NCBI GenBank assembly: GCA_035524355.1
Contig: DATKPA010000035.1
Span: 12,425 to 76,424 of the forward strand
Length of the DNA stretch: 64,000 nt
Source: Phycisphaerae bacterium
GTDB lineage: Bacteria; Planctomycetota; Phycisphaerae; WQYP01
Direction of reading: 5' to 3'
Below, piece after piece: positions 1 to 9,939 of this stretch (within the stretch, counting starts at the first letter, position 1; each line of letters starts with the position of its first letter). A program made the translations under genes and the position numbers. The notes under the pieces are model-generated. The model searched no databases and was not told the DNA's origin. It was given only the letters and a program-made list of their open reading frames with translations.

Positions 1-278
1 CATTTGGCTTGTAGAAGGTCGTTGAGGATGACATCGCCGTACTGGAGGTTGGTGTAGCCGTTGTAGAGGCCTGTCTGGATGGGTTTGGGGATGATTTTGG
101 TGTAAAGGTCGGCGGCGGGCTTGAGAGCGATTTTGTCGAAGCCGTCGTCGACGTTGTACATGAAGCGGTTGTAGCCTTCCCAGGGATCGGTCTTCTGGAA
201 ATCGGCGCATCCGGCGAGCGCGGTGCAGAGGATACAGAGTGCGACGGAGCGAGCGCGGCGCAGAAGGGTGGCGGGCAT
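1..278 (-). CDS. mlaA: VacJ/MlaA family lipoprotein (partial, runs off window start)
   Basis: Manual translation from ATG at 278: MPATLLRRARSVALCILCTALAGCADFQKTDPWEGYNRFMYNVDDGFDK. It has a lipobox LAGC and the MlaA 'DPxEGxNR' motif, an AGGAG SD upstream, and follows mlaC. Confidence 0.85.
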   Translation of the reverse strand, partial: MPATLLRRARSVALCILCTALAGCADFQKTDPWEGYNRFMYNVDDGFDKIALKPAADLYTKIIPKPIQTGLYNGYTNLQYGDVILNDLLQAK

Positions 279-304
279 GAACGAATCTCTCCTGAGCGTG
301 GCCA

Positions 305-958
305 TCACTTGGCGGCTCCGGCGTTCTTGTCGTGCAGGAGCTTGATGAGGTGATCAATGCCACCATTGGCAATGATCTCCTGGAACTGGGATCGGAAATT
401 GGTGACGAGGCTGACGCCGTCGATATTGAAGTCGATGATTTTCCACGCCCCCCCGGCCCCGCTGCGGTTGCGGAGGCGGTAGTCGACCTTGGCGACTTCC
501 TTGCGAGGTCCGCCGTTTTCGGAGCCGATGATGCTGGTGGTGATGGTGACATCGCCGTTGGATTCGGTGCGGTCGCCGATGACTTTGACGTCTTCATCAG
601 TGTAATCGTCGGCGGTGTGTCCATAGGTGGAAGTGAGGTGTTTTTTGTACTCCTCGCTGAAATCCTTTTTCTGCTGGTCGGACATTTCGCGCCAGTGTCG
701 TCCGAGTGTGAGGCGGCAGAGGGTGTCGAAGTCCATGTTGTCGTAGGCGATCTGTTGGATTTTCTGGCGGCGGTCATCCTTGGAGGTTTTGGGGTCGCGG
801 AGGATGGTAAGAACGTCGGCGACGAGCTTGTCGATAAGAGCGCGCGGGGAGCTGGCGGCGTCGGCAGGTGGAGGTGACGCGGGGTCTGCGACGACGGGAA
901 GTGCGGTGAAGAGGCAGGCAGCGATGAAACAGGGAAGGGCGTTGCGGAGGACTTTCAT
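305..958 (-). CDS. mlaC: MlaC/Ttg2D phospholipid-binding periplasmic protein
   Basis: Signal peptide. Motifs 'MDFDTLCRLTLGRHW' and 'VDYRL...WKIIDFNIDGVSLVTNFRSQF'. Start trimmed to ATG 958 (AGGAA SD). Confidence 0.9.
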   Translation of the reverse strand: MKVLRNALPCFIAACLFTALPVVADPASPPPADAASSPRALIDKLVADVLTILRDPKTSKDDRRQKIQQIAYDNMDFDTLCRLTLGRHWREMSDQQKKDFSEEYKKHLTSTYGHTADDYTDEDVKVIGDRTESNGDVTITTSIIGSENGGPRKEVAKVDYRLRNRSGAGGAWKIIDFNIDGVSLVTNFRSQFQEIIANGGIDHLIKLLHDKNAGAAK

Positions 959-979
959 GAGAGTTCCTGTGCTCAAGGA

Positions 980-1489
980 TTACTGGAGTTTCGGAGCGGC
1001 GGCGGTGGCCGCGGGCCTGGTGCTTGAGGAGTCGCCAGAGCTCTTGGTGACGCCATAGACCAGTTGACCTAATAAGCGTTCGAGGATGACCGCCGACTCA
1101 GTCATGGTGATACGGTCGCCGGACTTGAGCAGTTTGTCGTCGCCGCCGAGTTGGAGGGAGATGTAGCGGTCGCCGAGCATTCCGGAGGTGACGATGGAAG
1201 CGGTGGTGTCGTCGGGGAGCTTGAGGTCGCCCTGAAGGTCGAGATCGACTCGGGCACGGTAGCCGTTGTCGAGGGATATTCTGGAGACTTCACCGACGCG
1301 AACGCCGGAGATGACGACGGGAGCGCCGACGGCGAGGCCGCCGATTTCATCGAAGCCGGCGGAGAGTTTGAGCTCGCGACCGCCGGGCCAGGAGATGCCG
1401 CCGATGCTGATGGAGAGGTAAGCGAGCGCGAGGATGCCGGCGAGGACGAAGACGCCGACCATGAAGTCACGGGTTGGAGTTCGATCCAT
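980..1489 (-). CDS. mlaD: MlaD (MCE domain) outer-membrane lipid asymmetry protein
   Basis: N-terminal TM 'DFMVGVFVLAGILAL' and MCE motifs 'GGLAVGAPVVISGVRVGEV' and 'TSGMLGDRYISL'. Start ATG 1489 is a guess. Confidence 0.9.
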   Translation of the reverse strand: MDRTPTRDFMVGVFVLAGILALAYLSISIGGISWPGGRELKLSAGFDEIGGLAVGAPVVISGVRVGEVSRISLDNGYRARVDLDLQGDLKLPDDTTASIVTSGMLGDRYISLQLGGDDKLLKSGDRITMTESAVILERLLGQLVYGVTKSSGDSSSTRPAATAAAPKLQ

Positions 1490-1493
1490 GGAT

Positions 1494-2273
1494 TCAGACT
1501 CCCCAAAGTGCAGTGATGACATAGTCGAACAAGAGGACGGTGACGGAGGCGACGACGACGGTGGAGGTGGTGGCGGAGCTCACGCCGGTGGAGGTGGGCT
1601 TGCAGGTGTAACCGCGAAAGGTGGCGATGGAGGAGAGGAGGAAGCCGAAGACGAGGGACTTGACGATGCTGCCGAGGATGTCGTTGTGGAAGTCGACGGA
1701 GTCCTTGAGGCTGGCCATGTAGCTGCCGGGGTCACCGCCCATGAGACCGACGCCGGCGATATAACCGCCGAAGAGTCCGCAGACGATGAAGAGCGCGGTG
1801 AGGAGAGGCATGGAGGAAAACATGGCGAGTGCGCGGGGTTTGATGACGAGGTGCATGGGGTCGATGGAGAGCATGCGGAGGCCGTCGAGTTGTTCGGTGG
1901 CGACCATGGTGCCGATCTCGGCGGTGGTGGCGGAACCGGCGCGGCCGGTGACGAGGAGAGCGGCGAGGACGGGGCCGAGCTCGCGAACGAGGCTGAGGCC
2001 GACGAGGGCGCCGAGGGAGCGTTCAGCGCCGAAGCGGACGAGGGTGTGGTAGCCTTGGAGGCCGAGGACCATGCCGACGGCCACACCGCTGACGCAGACG
2101 ATGACGAGTGAGAGAACGCCGAGCTTGTAGAGTTCGCGGATGAAATCGGAGGAGCGGTTCGGGCGGATGAAGAGGGTCCGGACGACATCAGCGGTGAAGA
2201 TGGCGAGGCGGCCGAGTTCGCGGACGAAGCGGATCGAGGCGGCTCCGAGCTGGGAGACGGGGTTGTTTCTCAT
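1494..2273 (-). CDS. mlaE: MlaE ABC transporter permease
   Basis: 'RELGPVLAALLVTGRAGSATTAEIGTMVATEQLDGL' MlaE signature. Confidence 0.93.
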   Translation of the reverse strand: MRNNPVSQLGAASIRFVRELGRLAIFTADVVRTLFIRPNRSSDFIRELYKLGVLSLVIVCVSGVAVGMVLGLQGYHTLVRFGAERSLGALVGLSLVRELGPVLAALLVTGRAGSATTAEIGTMVATEQLDGLRMLSIDPMHLVIKPRALAMFSSMPLLTALFIVCGLFGGYIAGVGLMGGDPGSYMASLKDSVDFHNDILGSIVKSLVFGFLLSSIATFRGYTCKPTSTGVSSATTSTVVVASVTVLLFDYVITALWGV

Positions 2274-3100
2274 GACCGGCCCCCTTCGAAAAGGCTCCCC
2301 CCCCCTACCGCGGCGGGCGAGGTGGTGAGGGAGGCTTCGTCGAGGAAGTCGAGGACTTCGGGATCGTTGCTTTGGCGGAGTTCGGCGGGCGAGCCTTCGA
2401 CGGCGCGATTTTTGAGGAGCAGGAGGATGTGGTCGGCCATGCGCATGGTGGAGGGGATGTGGTGGGAGACGACGATGAGGGTCATGCCGGACTCGCGGTT
2501 GATACGGACGAGGAGTGATTCGATGCGTTTGATGGAGACGGGGTCGAGTCCAGAGAAGGGCTCATCGCACATGAGAATGAGGGGGTGTCGGAGGATGGCG
2601 CGGGCGAGAGCGACGCGGCGGAGCATGCCGCCGGAGAGCTGGCCGGGGAGGAGGCGGTCGACATCCTGGACGCCGACGGACTGGAGTGCGGCGTGGATTT
2701 CGGAGGCGATTTGCAATTCGCCGAGGGGAGGCTGGATGCGACGTTCGCGAAGAGGGATGGCGAGGTTGTCAAAGACGGTGTAGGAGTCGAGGAGAGCCCC
2801 GCCCTGGAAGACCATGCCGAGCTTTTGACGGACCTGGAAGAGAGCGCGTTGGGAGAGCCTCGTGATTTCCTCGCCGTCGACGACGATACTGCCGCGCTGA
2901 GTACGGATGAGTCCGCCGATGAGGCGGAGGATGGTGCTTTTCCCTGAGCCGCTGCCGCCGAGGATGACGGAGATGCGTCCCTTGGGGAATCCGCAGGAAA
3001 GGGAGTCGAAGACCTTCCGCGTACCGAAGCACATTCGTACATCATTTAGGGAGACATGGAACACCGATCTCTCAGGCTCCTTGAAAACAAAACGCAACAT
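2270..3100 (-). CDS. mlaF: MlaF ABC transporter ATP-binding protein
   Basis: Walker A GGSGSGKS, signature LSGGM, Walker B LMCDEP. ATGA overlap with mlaE. Start uncertain (ATG 3100 or GTG ~3064); the ORF-track extension to 3313 looks non-coding. Confidence 0.9.
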   Translation of the reverse strand: MLRFVFKEPERSVFHVSLNDVRMCFGTRKVFDSLSCGFPKGRISVILGGSGSGKSTILRLIGGLIRTQRGSIVVDGEEITRLSQRALFQVRQKLGMVFQGGALLDSYTVFDNLAIPLRERRIQPPLGELQIASEIHAALQSVGVQDVDRLLPGQLSGGMLRRVALARAILRHPLILMCDEPFSGLDPVSIKRIESLLVRINRESGMTLIVVSHHIPSTMRMADHILLLLKNRAVEGSPAELRQSNDPEVLDFLDEASLTTSPAAVGGGSLFEGGRS

Positions 3101-3460
3101 CGCCCCACTACGATAGGCGCGCCGAGGTGGCGATTTCTGCCTATCGGAAGCATCATAATGGTTTTTGGCGATTTGGCGACAGGATGCCGCATGGGGATGG
3201 CCAGGGGAATTTGTTTGGTGGGATGGCGCCGCCCAACTACAATGAGAGCCGGGGATTGGGCGGTGGACTCCGCATACTCGATTTCCAACACAATCCTCCT
3301 CTCGTGAAAACACGCGCAGTGGACTGGCGGCAGGGAACGAAGTGGCACGTCACGGATGATACATTCGTACATATCAAATTCTTAATATATCTTTCCGAAT
3401 CGAGGGTAGTCATAGGGAGAGAGCTGTAACAGGTCGAGAGAATAACCTTCAAAGGAAGGA

Positions 3461-5161
3461 GTGTGGACCATGGCAGGAAGATCAGCAAAGCGCACGTCGG
3501 GGTGGAAGCAGAGGAAAGAGCGGCTGATCGAAGCACTGGAATCGCGGATTCTGCTGACGGGATATTCGGGGACCGATACGTTCGATTCGGGGCCGGGCGC
3601 GTTCGAGATTCAGGAGCTCACGACGGTGGCGACGGCGACGACGTACATCCGGCTGGACTCCACCGGCGCGAACATTCAGATCTACAATGCCTCCACTCCA
3701 ACGGGCACGCCGATGACGTTTCCGGTGGGGAGCGTTTCGTCGATCAATGTCAGCCCGACGACGGGGAACGATCTGCTCGTGGTGGATTACAGCAACGGCG
3801 ATCCTGTTCCGTCCGGCGGCATCAGCTACACGGGCGGGGGCAGCAGCGCCGGGAACACGCTGCAGATCATCGGGGCTTCCACAGCGGATGCTTTCACGCT
3901 GCATGCCGGATCGGTCGTTCACGGAAGCGGTACGGTGACGTACAGCAATATGCTTAACTTGACGCTCGGCACAGGCGCGTTCACCACGGGCGATGATTTG
4001 AATCTGCTTGACGTCAAGGTGAACACCCAGACCGTTCTGAACGCGACGACGATTGAGCATATCGGGCAACTTACCGTGAATCCCGGCGGAACCGCCACGC
4101 TCAGCGGATTCTTCGGGAACATGATCGTGAACGGCTCGGTGCAGCTCGTTCCGGACGGAACCAACGCGGCCACCTGCGCGCTCAATAACCTGCTGCTCGC
4201 CGGAAGCACCAACAACTGGTCGGGGCAATTCGATCTGACGAACAACAAGCTGATTGTCGAAACGACGGCGGGAAACAAGGCGGCGACTCTGGCGACGATA
4301 CGCAACCAGGTACTCTATGGGATGACGCACTCGACGGGGATTGTGAGCACGGCCCTGCCGGCCGGGACGCTCATCGCGGTGATTGACGCCGCGATGACGA
4401 CACTGACAGCCTTTGGCGGGGTGGCGATCGATGCGAATTCGATTTTGATAGGGCCGGAGCTGGCCGGCGATGCGGATGTGAGCGGAAATGTGGATTTGAC
4501 CGATCTCTCCGCGGTTCTCAACCATTTCGGCGCCATGACGCCTGACTGGACCAGCGGGAACTTTGATTACACGGCCACCGTGAATTTGACGGACCTGTCG
4601 TACGTTCTGAACAACTTTGGCGCATCAATAGCGAATCCGACCGGCGCGACCCCCGCTGCGCAGCCGGCTGCTGGTTCGCAGGAAACGGAAGTTCCGACGG
4701 ACTTGTCCGCAGCGGCTACTGATTCATCGAGTTCAGTTCCGGGAACGATCCTGACTTCTGCGGTTGCGATTCCGGTCGGCGCGGAGGCCGGTGATGAAAT
4801 CGCGCCTTCGAACAGTACCGGCCAGTTGCTGCCGGATAGGGTTATTGTGCCGACGGGACTTGCCGCGGCCGGAGTTCCGGCGCCGATCACTTCGGTGATT
4901 GGCGCGACCACGCCGTCGGTACCGGCGCAAATCAGCGCACAGATCGCGATATTGCCGACTACCCCGCTGATCTCGCATGCCTCTTCGGTGTCGTTGCGGC
5001 CGGGCAATGCAGGGCATCCGGTGCACTCGACGACACTTTCACCGCGCGTCCAAGCGGGACATAGTTCCGGCATTGCGACATATGCGCCCCGCGGGCACCG
5101 CCATTGGCTGGCGGGAGGAGATCGGAAGCACGATCTCGATCCAGAGGCGCTTGACGTGTAA
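3461..5161 (+). CDS. Planctomycete-type secreted/surface protein with C-terminal dockerin-like repeat pair
   Basis: N-terminal 'LIEALESRILL' (planctomycete export signature). Thr/Gly/Ser-rich beta-strand body. Duplicated 'GDADVSGNVDLTDL...GNFDYTATVNLTDL' dockerin/EF-hand-like repeats and a low-complexity tail. Confidence 0.7.
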   Translation: MWTMAGRSAKRTSGWKQRKERLIEALESRILLTGYSGTDTFDSGPGAFEIQELTTVATATTYIRLDSTGANIQIYNASTPTGTPMTFPVGSVSSINVSPTTGNDLLVVDYSNGDPVPSGGISYTGGGSSAGNTLQIIGASTADAFTLHAGSVVHGSGTVTYSNMLNLTLGTGAFTTGDDLNLLDVKVNTQTVLNATTIEHIGQLTVNPGGTATLSGFFGNMIVNGSVQLVPDGTNAATCALNNLLLAGSTNNWSGQFDLTNNKLIVETTAGNKAATLATIRNQVLYGMTHSTGIVSTALPAGTLIAVIDAAMTTLTAFGGVAIDANSILIGPELAGDADVSGNVDLTDLSAVLNHFGAMTPDWTSGNFDYTATVNLTDLSYVLNNFGASIANPTGATPAAQPAAGSQETEVPTDLSAAATDSSSSVPGTILTSAVAIPVGAEAGDEIAPSNSTGQLLPDRVIVPTGLAAAGVPAPITSVIGATTPSVPAQISAQIAILPTTPLISHASSVSLRPGNAGHPVHSTTLSPRVQAGHSSGIATYAPRGHRHWLAGGDRKHDLDPEALDV

Positions 5162-5277
5162 CATGGGCGTTCGAAGGGGGTTTTGCGGGAAATCGGCAAG
5201 TATCTATAATTCCGAGGAACCGTTGCCGCCGGTCGAGCGCCGCAATGCACACAACCTTCATGTGCGAGATCTGCTGA

Positions 5278-5508
5278 ATGAAGCCTCCCAAGAACTACAT
5301 TGAGTCATACAAACTGGAAGGCGTGAATTACCAGCTGGAAATTGAGGAGGATGCGGGGGGATTCTGGGGGGCGTGGAAATGCCTCGAATGCAAGCAGAAC
5401 GGGCCGAGCACGCCAAAGTGCGGGTCGAAGGAGGAAGCGATGCAGGGGGCGATCCGGAACCTTGGGCCGCACCATCAGGTGATGCACGGGCTGCAGCGGA
5501 AGTTTTGA
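5278..5508 (+). CDS. Small hypothetical protein with HicB-like N-terminal pattern and CxxC
   Basis: 'YQLEIEEDAGGFWGAWKCLECK...CGSKEEAMQGAIRNL' loosely resembles the HicB fold. No clear SD. Confidence 0.45.
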   Translation: MKPPKNYIESYKLEGVNYQLEIEEDAGGFWGAWKCLECKQNGPSTPKCGSKEEAMQGAIRNLGPHHQVMHGLQRKF

Positions 5509-6044
5509 ACGGGACGTAATTGATGGGATTGCGGGGCGGGAGCCTGTACATTTCATGGCGTCTTCTCTGGCGTTGACTGCATCGCGGCGGGCGATCGCGG
5601 ACGTGGCGAGTACGCTTCCCGCTTCGAGTTGCCCTACCGTCGGGGAGCGGATTCCGTAGGAAGATCGGGCCATTCTTGGGGCGTGTCGTCCTGGGAGGAG
5701 GAGCACCTGCGGGGGATCGCGGCGCGGCTGCAGAGGTCAAAAAGCGGCTGAAATGCAGAGTTTGGCGTTGTTTTCCGCCGGCGGGCGCATCGAAGATTCC
5801 TGGGGAATCCCCCGATTGGGAGAGGGATTCGGGCGTTTGATGCACGAAATGAGCGGATTTTTCCGCAGAAAACTTGCTGAGTTTGCGTCGGCGGTTTATA
5901 AAGTTGCCAAAGAATTGCAGTGAAACAGCGAGTCATGCCGAAATAAACAATCGAAAATGCCTGTAAAACAAGGCTATTCGTTGAAACCGAACATCGTTAA
6001 CAAGTCCCTCATTCCTGGAAACCATTTTTAGAAAGGACCACACT

Positions 6045-6356
6045 ATGGCTGCAAAGGCCGCCACCAAGAGCGAAATCCTCACCAGCATCGCGACCACTAC
6101 GGAACTCTCCCGGAAGCAGGTTGCTTCGGTGTTTGATGCGCTTGGCGATCTGATCGGCAAGAACATCGGCAAGAAGGGCCCCGGCATCTTCGCGGTTCCC
6201 GGCCTGATGAAGATCACGGTCGTCAACAAGCCCGCGACCAAGGCTCGCAAGGGCATCAACCCGTTCACCAAGGAAGAAGTGATGTTCAAGGCGAAGCCGG
6301 CGCGTCGCGTCGTCAAGGTTCGCCCCTTGAAGGCCCTCAAGGACATGGCTAAGTAA
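6045..6356 (+). CDS. hup: HU/IHF family DNA-binding protein
   Basis: 'TKSEILTSIATTTELSRKQV...PGLMKITVVNKPATKARKGINPFTKEEVMFKAKPARRVVK'; AAAGGA SD. Confidence 0.92.
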   Translation: MAAKAATKSEILTSIATTTELSRKQVASVFDALGDLIGKNIGKKGPGIFAVPGLMKITVVNKPATKARKGINPFTKEEVMFKAKPARRVVKVRPLKALKDMAK

Positions 6357-6381
6357 GCCAGTCGCCTGCTACAGAATGATG

Positions 6382-6422
6382 CAACCCCCTCGCCGCTTTC
6401 GGCGCCGAGGGGGTTGTCTTTT
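6382..6422 (+). terminator. Intrinsic terminator after hup
   Basis: Stem CAACCCCCTCG / CGAGGGGGTTG followed by TCTTTT. Confidence 0.8.
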
Positions 6423-6597
6423 GATTCTTCCGGCTTTTTGATCTGTGTGCGCGCCGAATACCGTCAGGTTGCGGTGATGGCGGCGCCGGCGAGGGTCGAA
6501 TACGCGACGCTCCTCTCGCGGCAGCACACGGCCCCTCCCCGGCTATTGGAGATGTGCCAAACAAAAGGAGGAGGCCGAGGGGAGGAGGCCGAATCCG

Positions 6598-9500
6598 CTA
6601 CAGCACCACGTTCAGCAGGCTGCCCCGCGCATCATACGGCTCCAGAACGATCTGATCGCCCGCGAGCTTGTCGTCCGGAATGACCGTGATGCGTTTGTTG
6701 GACTTCTCTTCGAGGTCGACGAGCGCCTTGCGCTTGCGGTTCAGGAGGAACGTCGCGACGGTGGGATAGGCGCGAAGGTCGATGCGCGTGACATCCAGCC
6801 GCGTCGCGCCGGCGGCGAGGCGCCGCATGACGTCGAGGCTCAGCGACTCGGGCGTTTTGATGAGCGCGCTGCCGTGGCAGTGCGGGCAATCCATGTAGAT
6901 GCTGCGCTTGAGCGAGGGCCGGACGCGCTGGCGGGTCAGCTCGATCATGCAGAACTGCGACATGCGGAGGACCTTGGTTTTCGCGCGATCGTTGGCGAGT
7001 TCTTCCCGCAGCAGCCGCTCGATCTCCCGCTTGTGGCGTTCTTCGCGCATGTCGATGAAGTCGATGACGATCACGCCGCCAAGGTCGCGCAGCCGGAGTT
7101 GGCGGACGACTTCCTTGAGCGCTTCCTTGTTCATGTTGAAGGCGGTGAGTTCGGCGTCGCGCTGTTCGCGGTAGCGGCCGGAGTTCACATCGATGGCGAC
7201 GAGGGCTTCGGTGGAGTCGATGACCAGCGAGCCGCCGTTGTTCAATTCCACGCGGCGCGAGTTGATCTTTTCGATTTCGCGTTCGACGCCGAATTTCTGG
7301 AACAGCGGCATCGTGCCGGTGTAAAGCTCCACGATGCCGGCCGCGCGAGGATCGACGATGGAGAGGAAGTCGCGGATGCGGCTGGCCACCTGCTCATTGT
7401 CGACGATGATGCGGTCGATTTCATCGCTGAAGACATCGCGGATCGTGCGGATGACGAGGTCGGATTCCTGGTAGAGTTCGACGGGCGCCTTGTGCGTGCG
7501 GATGCGGTTCGCGATCACCTTCCACATGCGCACGAGGTAATTCAGATCGCCCTGCAGTTCCTTCTTGGCGACATCGGTTCCGGCGGTGCGGATGATGAAG
7601 CCGAGATTCTTCGGCGGATTGAGCTCCTGCAGCGTGCGTTTCAATTCGCGGCGTTGATCGAGGTCTTCGATTTTGCGCGAGACGCCGAGCTGCGCCATGC
7701 CGGGCATCATAACGAGATAGCGTCCGGGGCAGGAGACGTAGGTTGTCAGCGTCGGGCCCTTGGTGCCGATGCCTTCCTTGGTCACCTGGACGATGACTTC
7801 CTGGCCGCGGCGCAGGCACTGCTGGATGGGCGGACGTTCGCGGCGCGGCGTCTTGCGGCCGACCTTTTCCATCGGCTTCATGTGGCCGTCGTCGAGATCC
7901 GCCTCGTCGTCGCCGAATTCGTCTTCGTCCTCGAACTCCGAGTTGTAGGCAGAGCCGAAATCGGCAGGCTCTTCCGGCTCGGCGATCGCGGCTTCCTTGG
8001 CGTTGACCGCTTCGGTCGAATCGCCCACATCCGTGTTCTCGCCGTCGTCCTCATGCGCGTGCTCTTCCGGGGCGTGCGACGGCGCATCACTGACCGCCGT
8101 GCCGTTTTCGGATGCAGCAACTTCCGCTGGCGGCGCATCGGGAGACTCCGCATGCGCTTCCACGCTGATCTCCTGCGGCTGCTCCGACTGCGACTGCGGT
8201 TGTTCTTCATAGCTGACGCCGGGCGATTCTGCATTCACGACCTGGGCGAGCGGCGGATGCTCTTCGACAGGCGCCGAGCCCGCGGGCGCTCCATTCTGCA
8301 CCGGCGTTGCGGGCGGCGGCTGGAATCCCTGCGGCGCGGGCGGGACCGGCCCCGCGGGCACACGCTGCTGCGCCGGACCGGCAGTGGCAGTGCGCCGATG
8401 CTGCTGATGCTGCGGCATGCGCGGCTGCATCTTCTTCGGGAAATACTGCGGATGCACATCCGAAATATGCAGGAAACCGTTCTTCCCAATGCCAAAATCA
8501 ATGAACGCCGCCTGGATCGACGGCTCCACGTTGGTCACGCGGCCCTTGTAAATGTTGCCGATGTGCGATTCCGTCGACGAGCGTTCCATGTACAGCTCTT
8601 CCAACAGCCCGCGACGGATCACCGCGATGCGGATCTCCTCTCCTTCCACGACGTTGATGAGCATGTCGCGGCCGGTGAGTTCCCGACGCTTTGGTTGCGG
8701 CGTCAGGCTCTCATCAATTTCGATGTCTTCCGCAAATGACGCCGGCGGCCCGATCGTCGTTTCGCCGGAGGAAGGCCCCTGCAGCGCCGAACCGCCCGGC
8801 GCCAACGCTTCCGCGGCCGCGGCAAACGGCTGCGGCGGCAACGGCTGCAAATCGTTTTGCACCGGCTCCAGCGCGGCGCCACCGTCGTTCACCGGCGGCA
8901 ATTCCGCCATCGGCTCGGCGCGGCGATGCTGCGGCGCATGTTGCGGGGCGTGACGATGCTGCTGCGGAGGACGCTGACCCTGATGCGAAGGTTGCCCCTG
9001 GGTGTGGCCCTGGTGGCGCTGGTCGGGACGCTGCTTGTCGCCCCGATGCTGCTGATGCTGCGGTTGCCCGCCCCCACCGCCGCCGCGATTCTGCTGCTGG
9101 CCGCGCTGATCGTTCCGATGCTGCTGGCCCTGGTTGTGCCGCTGCTGGGGGTGCCCCTGCTGCGGTCCGCGATGATGCGGATGCTGCGGGCGCGGCTGCT
9201 GGTGCGGAGGACGCACGTCGGGTTGCTGGGCGTCGGCTGCGGGCGTGGCCGGCATCTGCTCAACCGGCGTTGTTTCGGACGGCGGCTGCGTTTCAGGCGA
9301 GCCGGGCGTTCCGGGCACTCCGAACGGGCGCGGCGGACGGAACCCCGTCGGCCGGAATTGATGACGTGTCGCCCCCTTGGAAAAGCTCATCCGCCCGCCG
9401 GGTGCGGGACGAATCAATGCCGGACGCATGCCCACGCGCGGCGGACCGGGTGTAAACGCCGGACCTGCATGCGGATCGCTCGTCATCGATGTACCACCTT

Positions 9501-9939
9501 GCTCCGGCGGCGTTGGCTCCGGTGCCTGCGGCGCTTCCGCAATCGGCTGTGGCGGTGCCGACGGAGGAACTTCCCGCCGCGGCTCTTCCACGACGGAAGG
9601 CACTGCGGCAGGCGGAAGCTCAATCGCCGGCTCCACTGAGGCGCCGGCGTTTTCGATCGTCGCAGTCTTGGGTGCCGGCTTCCGCCGGGAACTCGCCGCA
9701 CGTGTCCGCGGCTTCTTCGCTGGCGTGGCCGGCGTTGAGGGCGCTTCCGCAGCGCCTTCCGCCGCCGCTCCGGACGAACGTGACCGCCCGCGGCCGCCGC
9801 GCGTGCCGCGACGCCGCGGTTTCTTCGCGTTGCCGCCGCTCTCGCCGCCGGCATCCGGCGCGGGGAATGGAGTGTTGGATTGATTGGAAATAGACGGATT
9901 GCCCGATTGCGGGCCGTTGGGGGAATTTTCAGCGCTAAT
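6598..9939 (-). CDS. rne: Ribonuclease E/G family endoribonuclease with long disordered N-terminus
   Basis: S1 motif 'GNIYKGRVTNVEPSIQAAFIDFGIGKNGFLHISDV' and catalytic 'ALVAIDVNSG...DLGGVIVIDFIDM'; Zn-link CPHC. The ORF track starts at GTG 9636, but the frame is open to 10029. 9939 is a proposed ATT start (see findings). Confidence 0.9.
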   Translation of the reverse strand: MSAENSPNGPQSGNPSISNQSNTPFPAPDAGGESGGNAKKPRRRGTRGGRGRSRSSGAAAEGAAEAPSTPATPAKKPRTRAASSRRKPAPKTATIENAGASVEPAIELPPAAVPSVVEEPRREVPPSAPPQPIAEAPQAPEPTPPEQGGTSMTSDPHAGPAFTPGPPRVGMRPALIRPAPGGRMSFSKGATRHQFRPTGFRPPRPFGVPGTPGSPETQPPSETTPVEQMPATPAADAQQPDVRPPHQQPRPQHPHHRGPQQGHPQQRHNQGQQHRNDQRGQQQNRGGGGGGQPQHQQHRGDKQRPDQRHQGHTQGQPSHQGQRPPQQHRHAPQHAPQHRRAEPMAELPPVNDGGAALEPVQNDLQPLPPQPFAAAAEALAPGGSALQGPSSGETTIGPPASFAEDIEIDESLTPQPKRRELTGRDMLINVVEGEEIRIAVIRRGLLEELYMERSSTESHIGNIYKGRVTNVEPSIQAAFIDFGIGKNGFLHISDVHPQYFPKKMQPRMPQHQQHRRTATAGPAQQRVPAGPVPPAPQGFQPPPATPVQNGAPAGSAPVEEHPPLAQVVNAESPGVSYEEQPQSQSEQPQEISVEAHAESPDAPPAEVAASENGTAVSDAPSHAPEEHAHEDDGENTDVGDSTEAVNAKEAAIAEPEEPADFGSAYNSEFEDEDEFGDDEADLDDGHMKPMEKVGRKTPRRERPPIQQCLRRGQEVIVQVTKEGIGTKGPTLTTYVSCPGRYLVMMPGMAQLGVSRKIEDLDQRRELKRTLQELNPPKNLGFIIRTAGTDVAKKELQGDLNYLVRMWKVIANRIRTHKAPVELYQESDLVIRTIRDVFSDEIDRIIVDNEQVASRIRDFLSIVDPRAAGIVELYTGTMPLFQKFGVEREIEKINSRRVELNNGGSLVIDSTEALVAIDVNSGRYREQRDAELTAFNMNKEALKEVVRQLRLRDLGGVIVIDFIDMREERHKREIERLLREELANDRAKTKVLRMSQFCMIELTRQRVRPSLKRSIYMDCPHCHGSALIKTPESLSLDVMRRLAAGATRLDVTRIDLRAYPTVATFLLNRKRKALVDLEEKSNKRITVIPDDKLAGDQIVLEPYDARGSLLNVVL

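Noticed and set aside
3031-3372. 12-bp direct repeat ACATTCGTACAT at 3031 and 3361
   Set aside because: About one such nearby 12-mer pair is expected by chance in 64 kb, and the enclosed sequence includes the mlaF start rather than an element.
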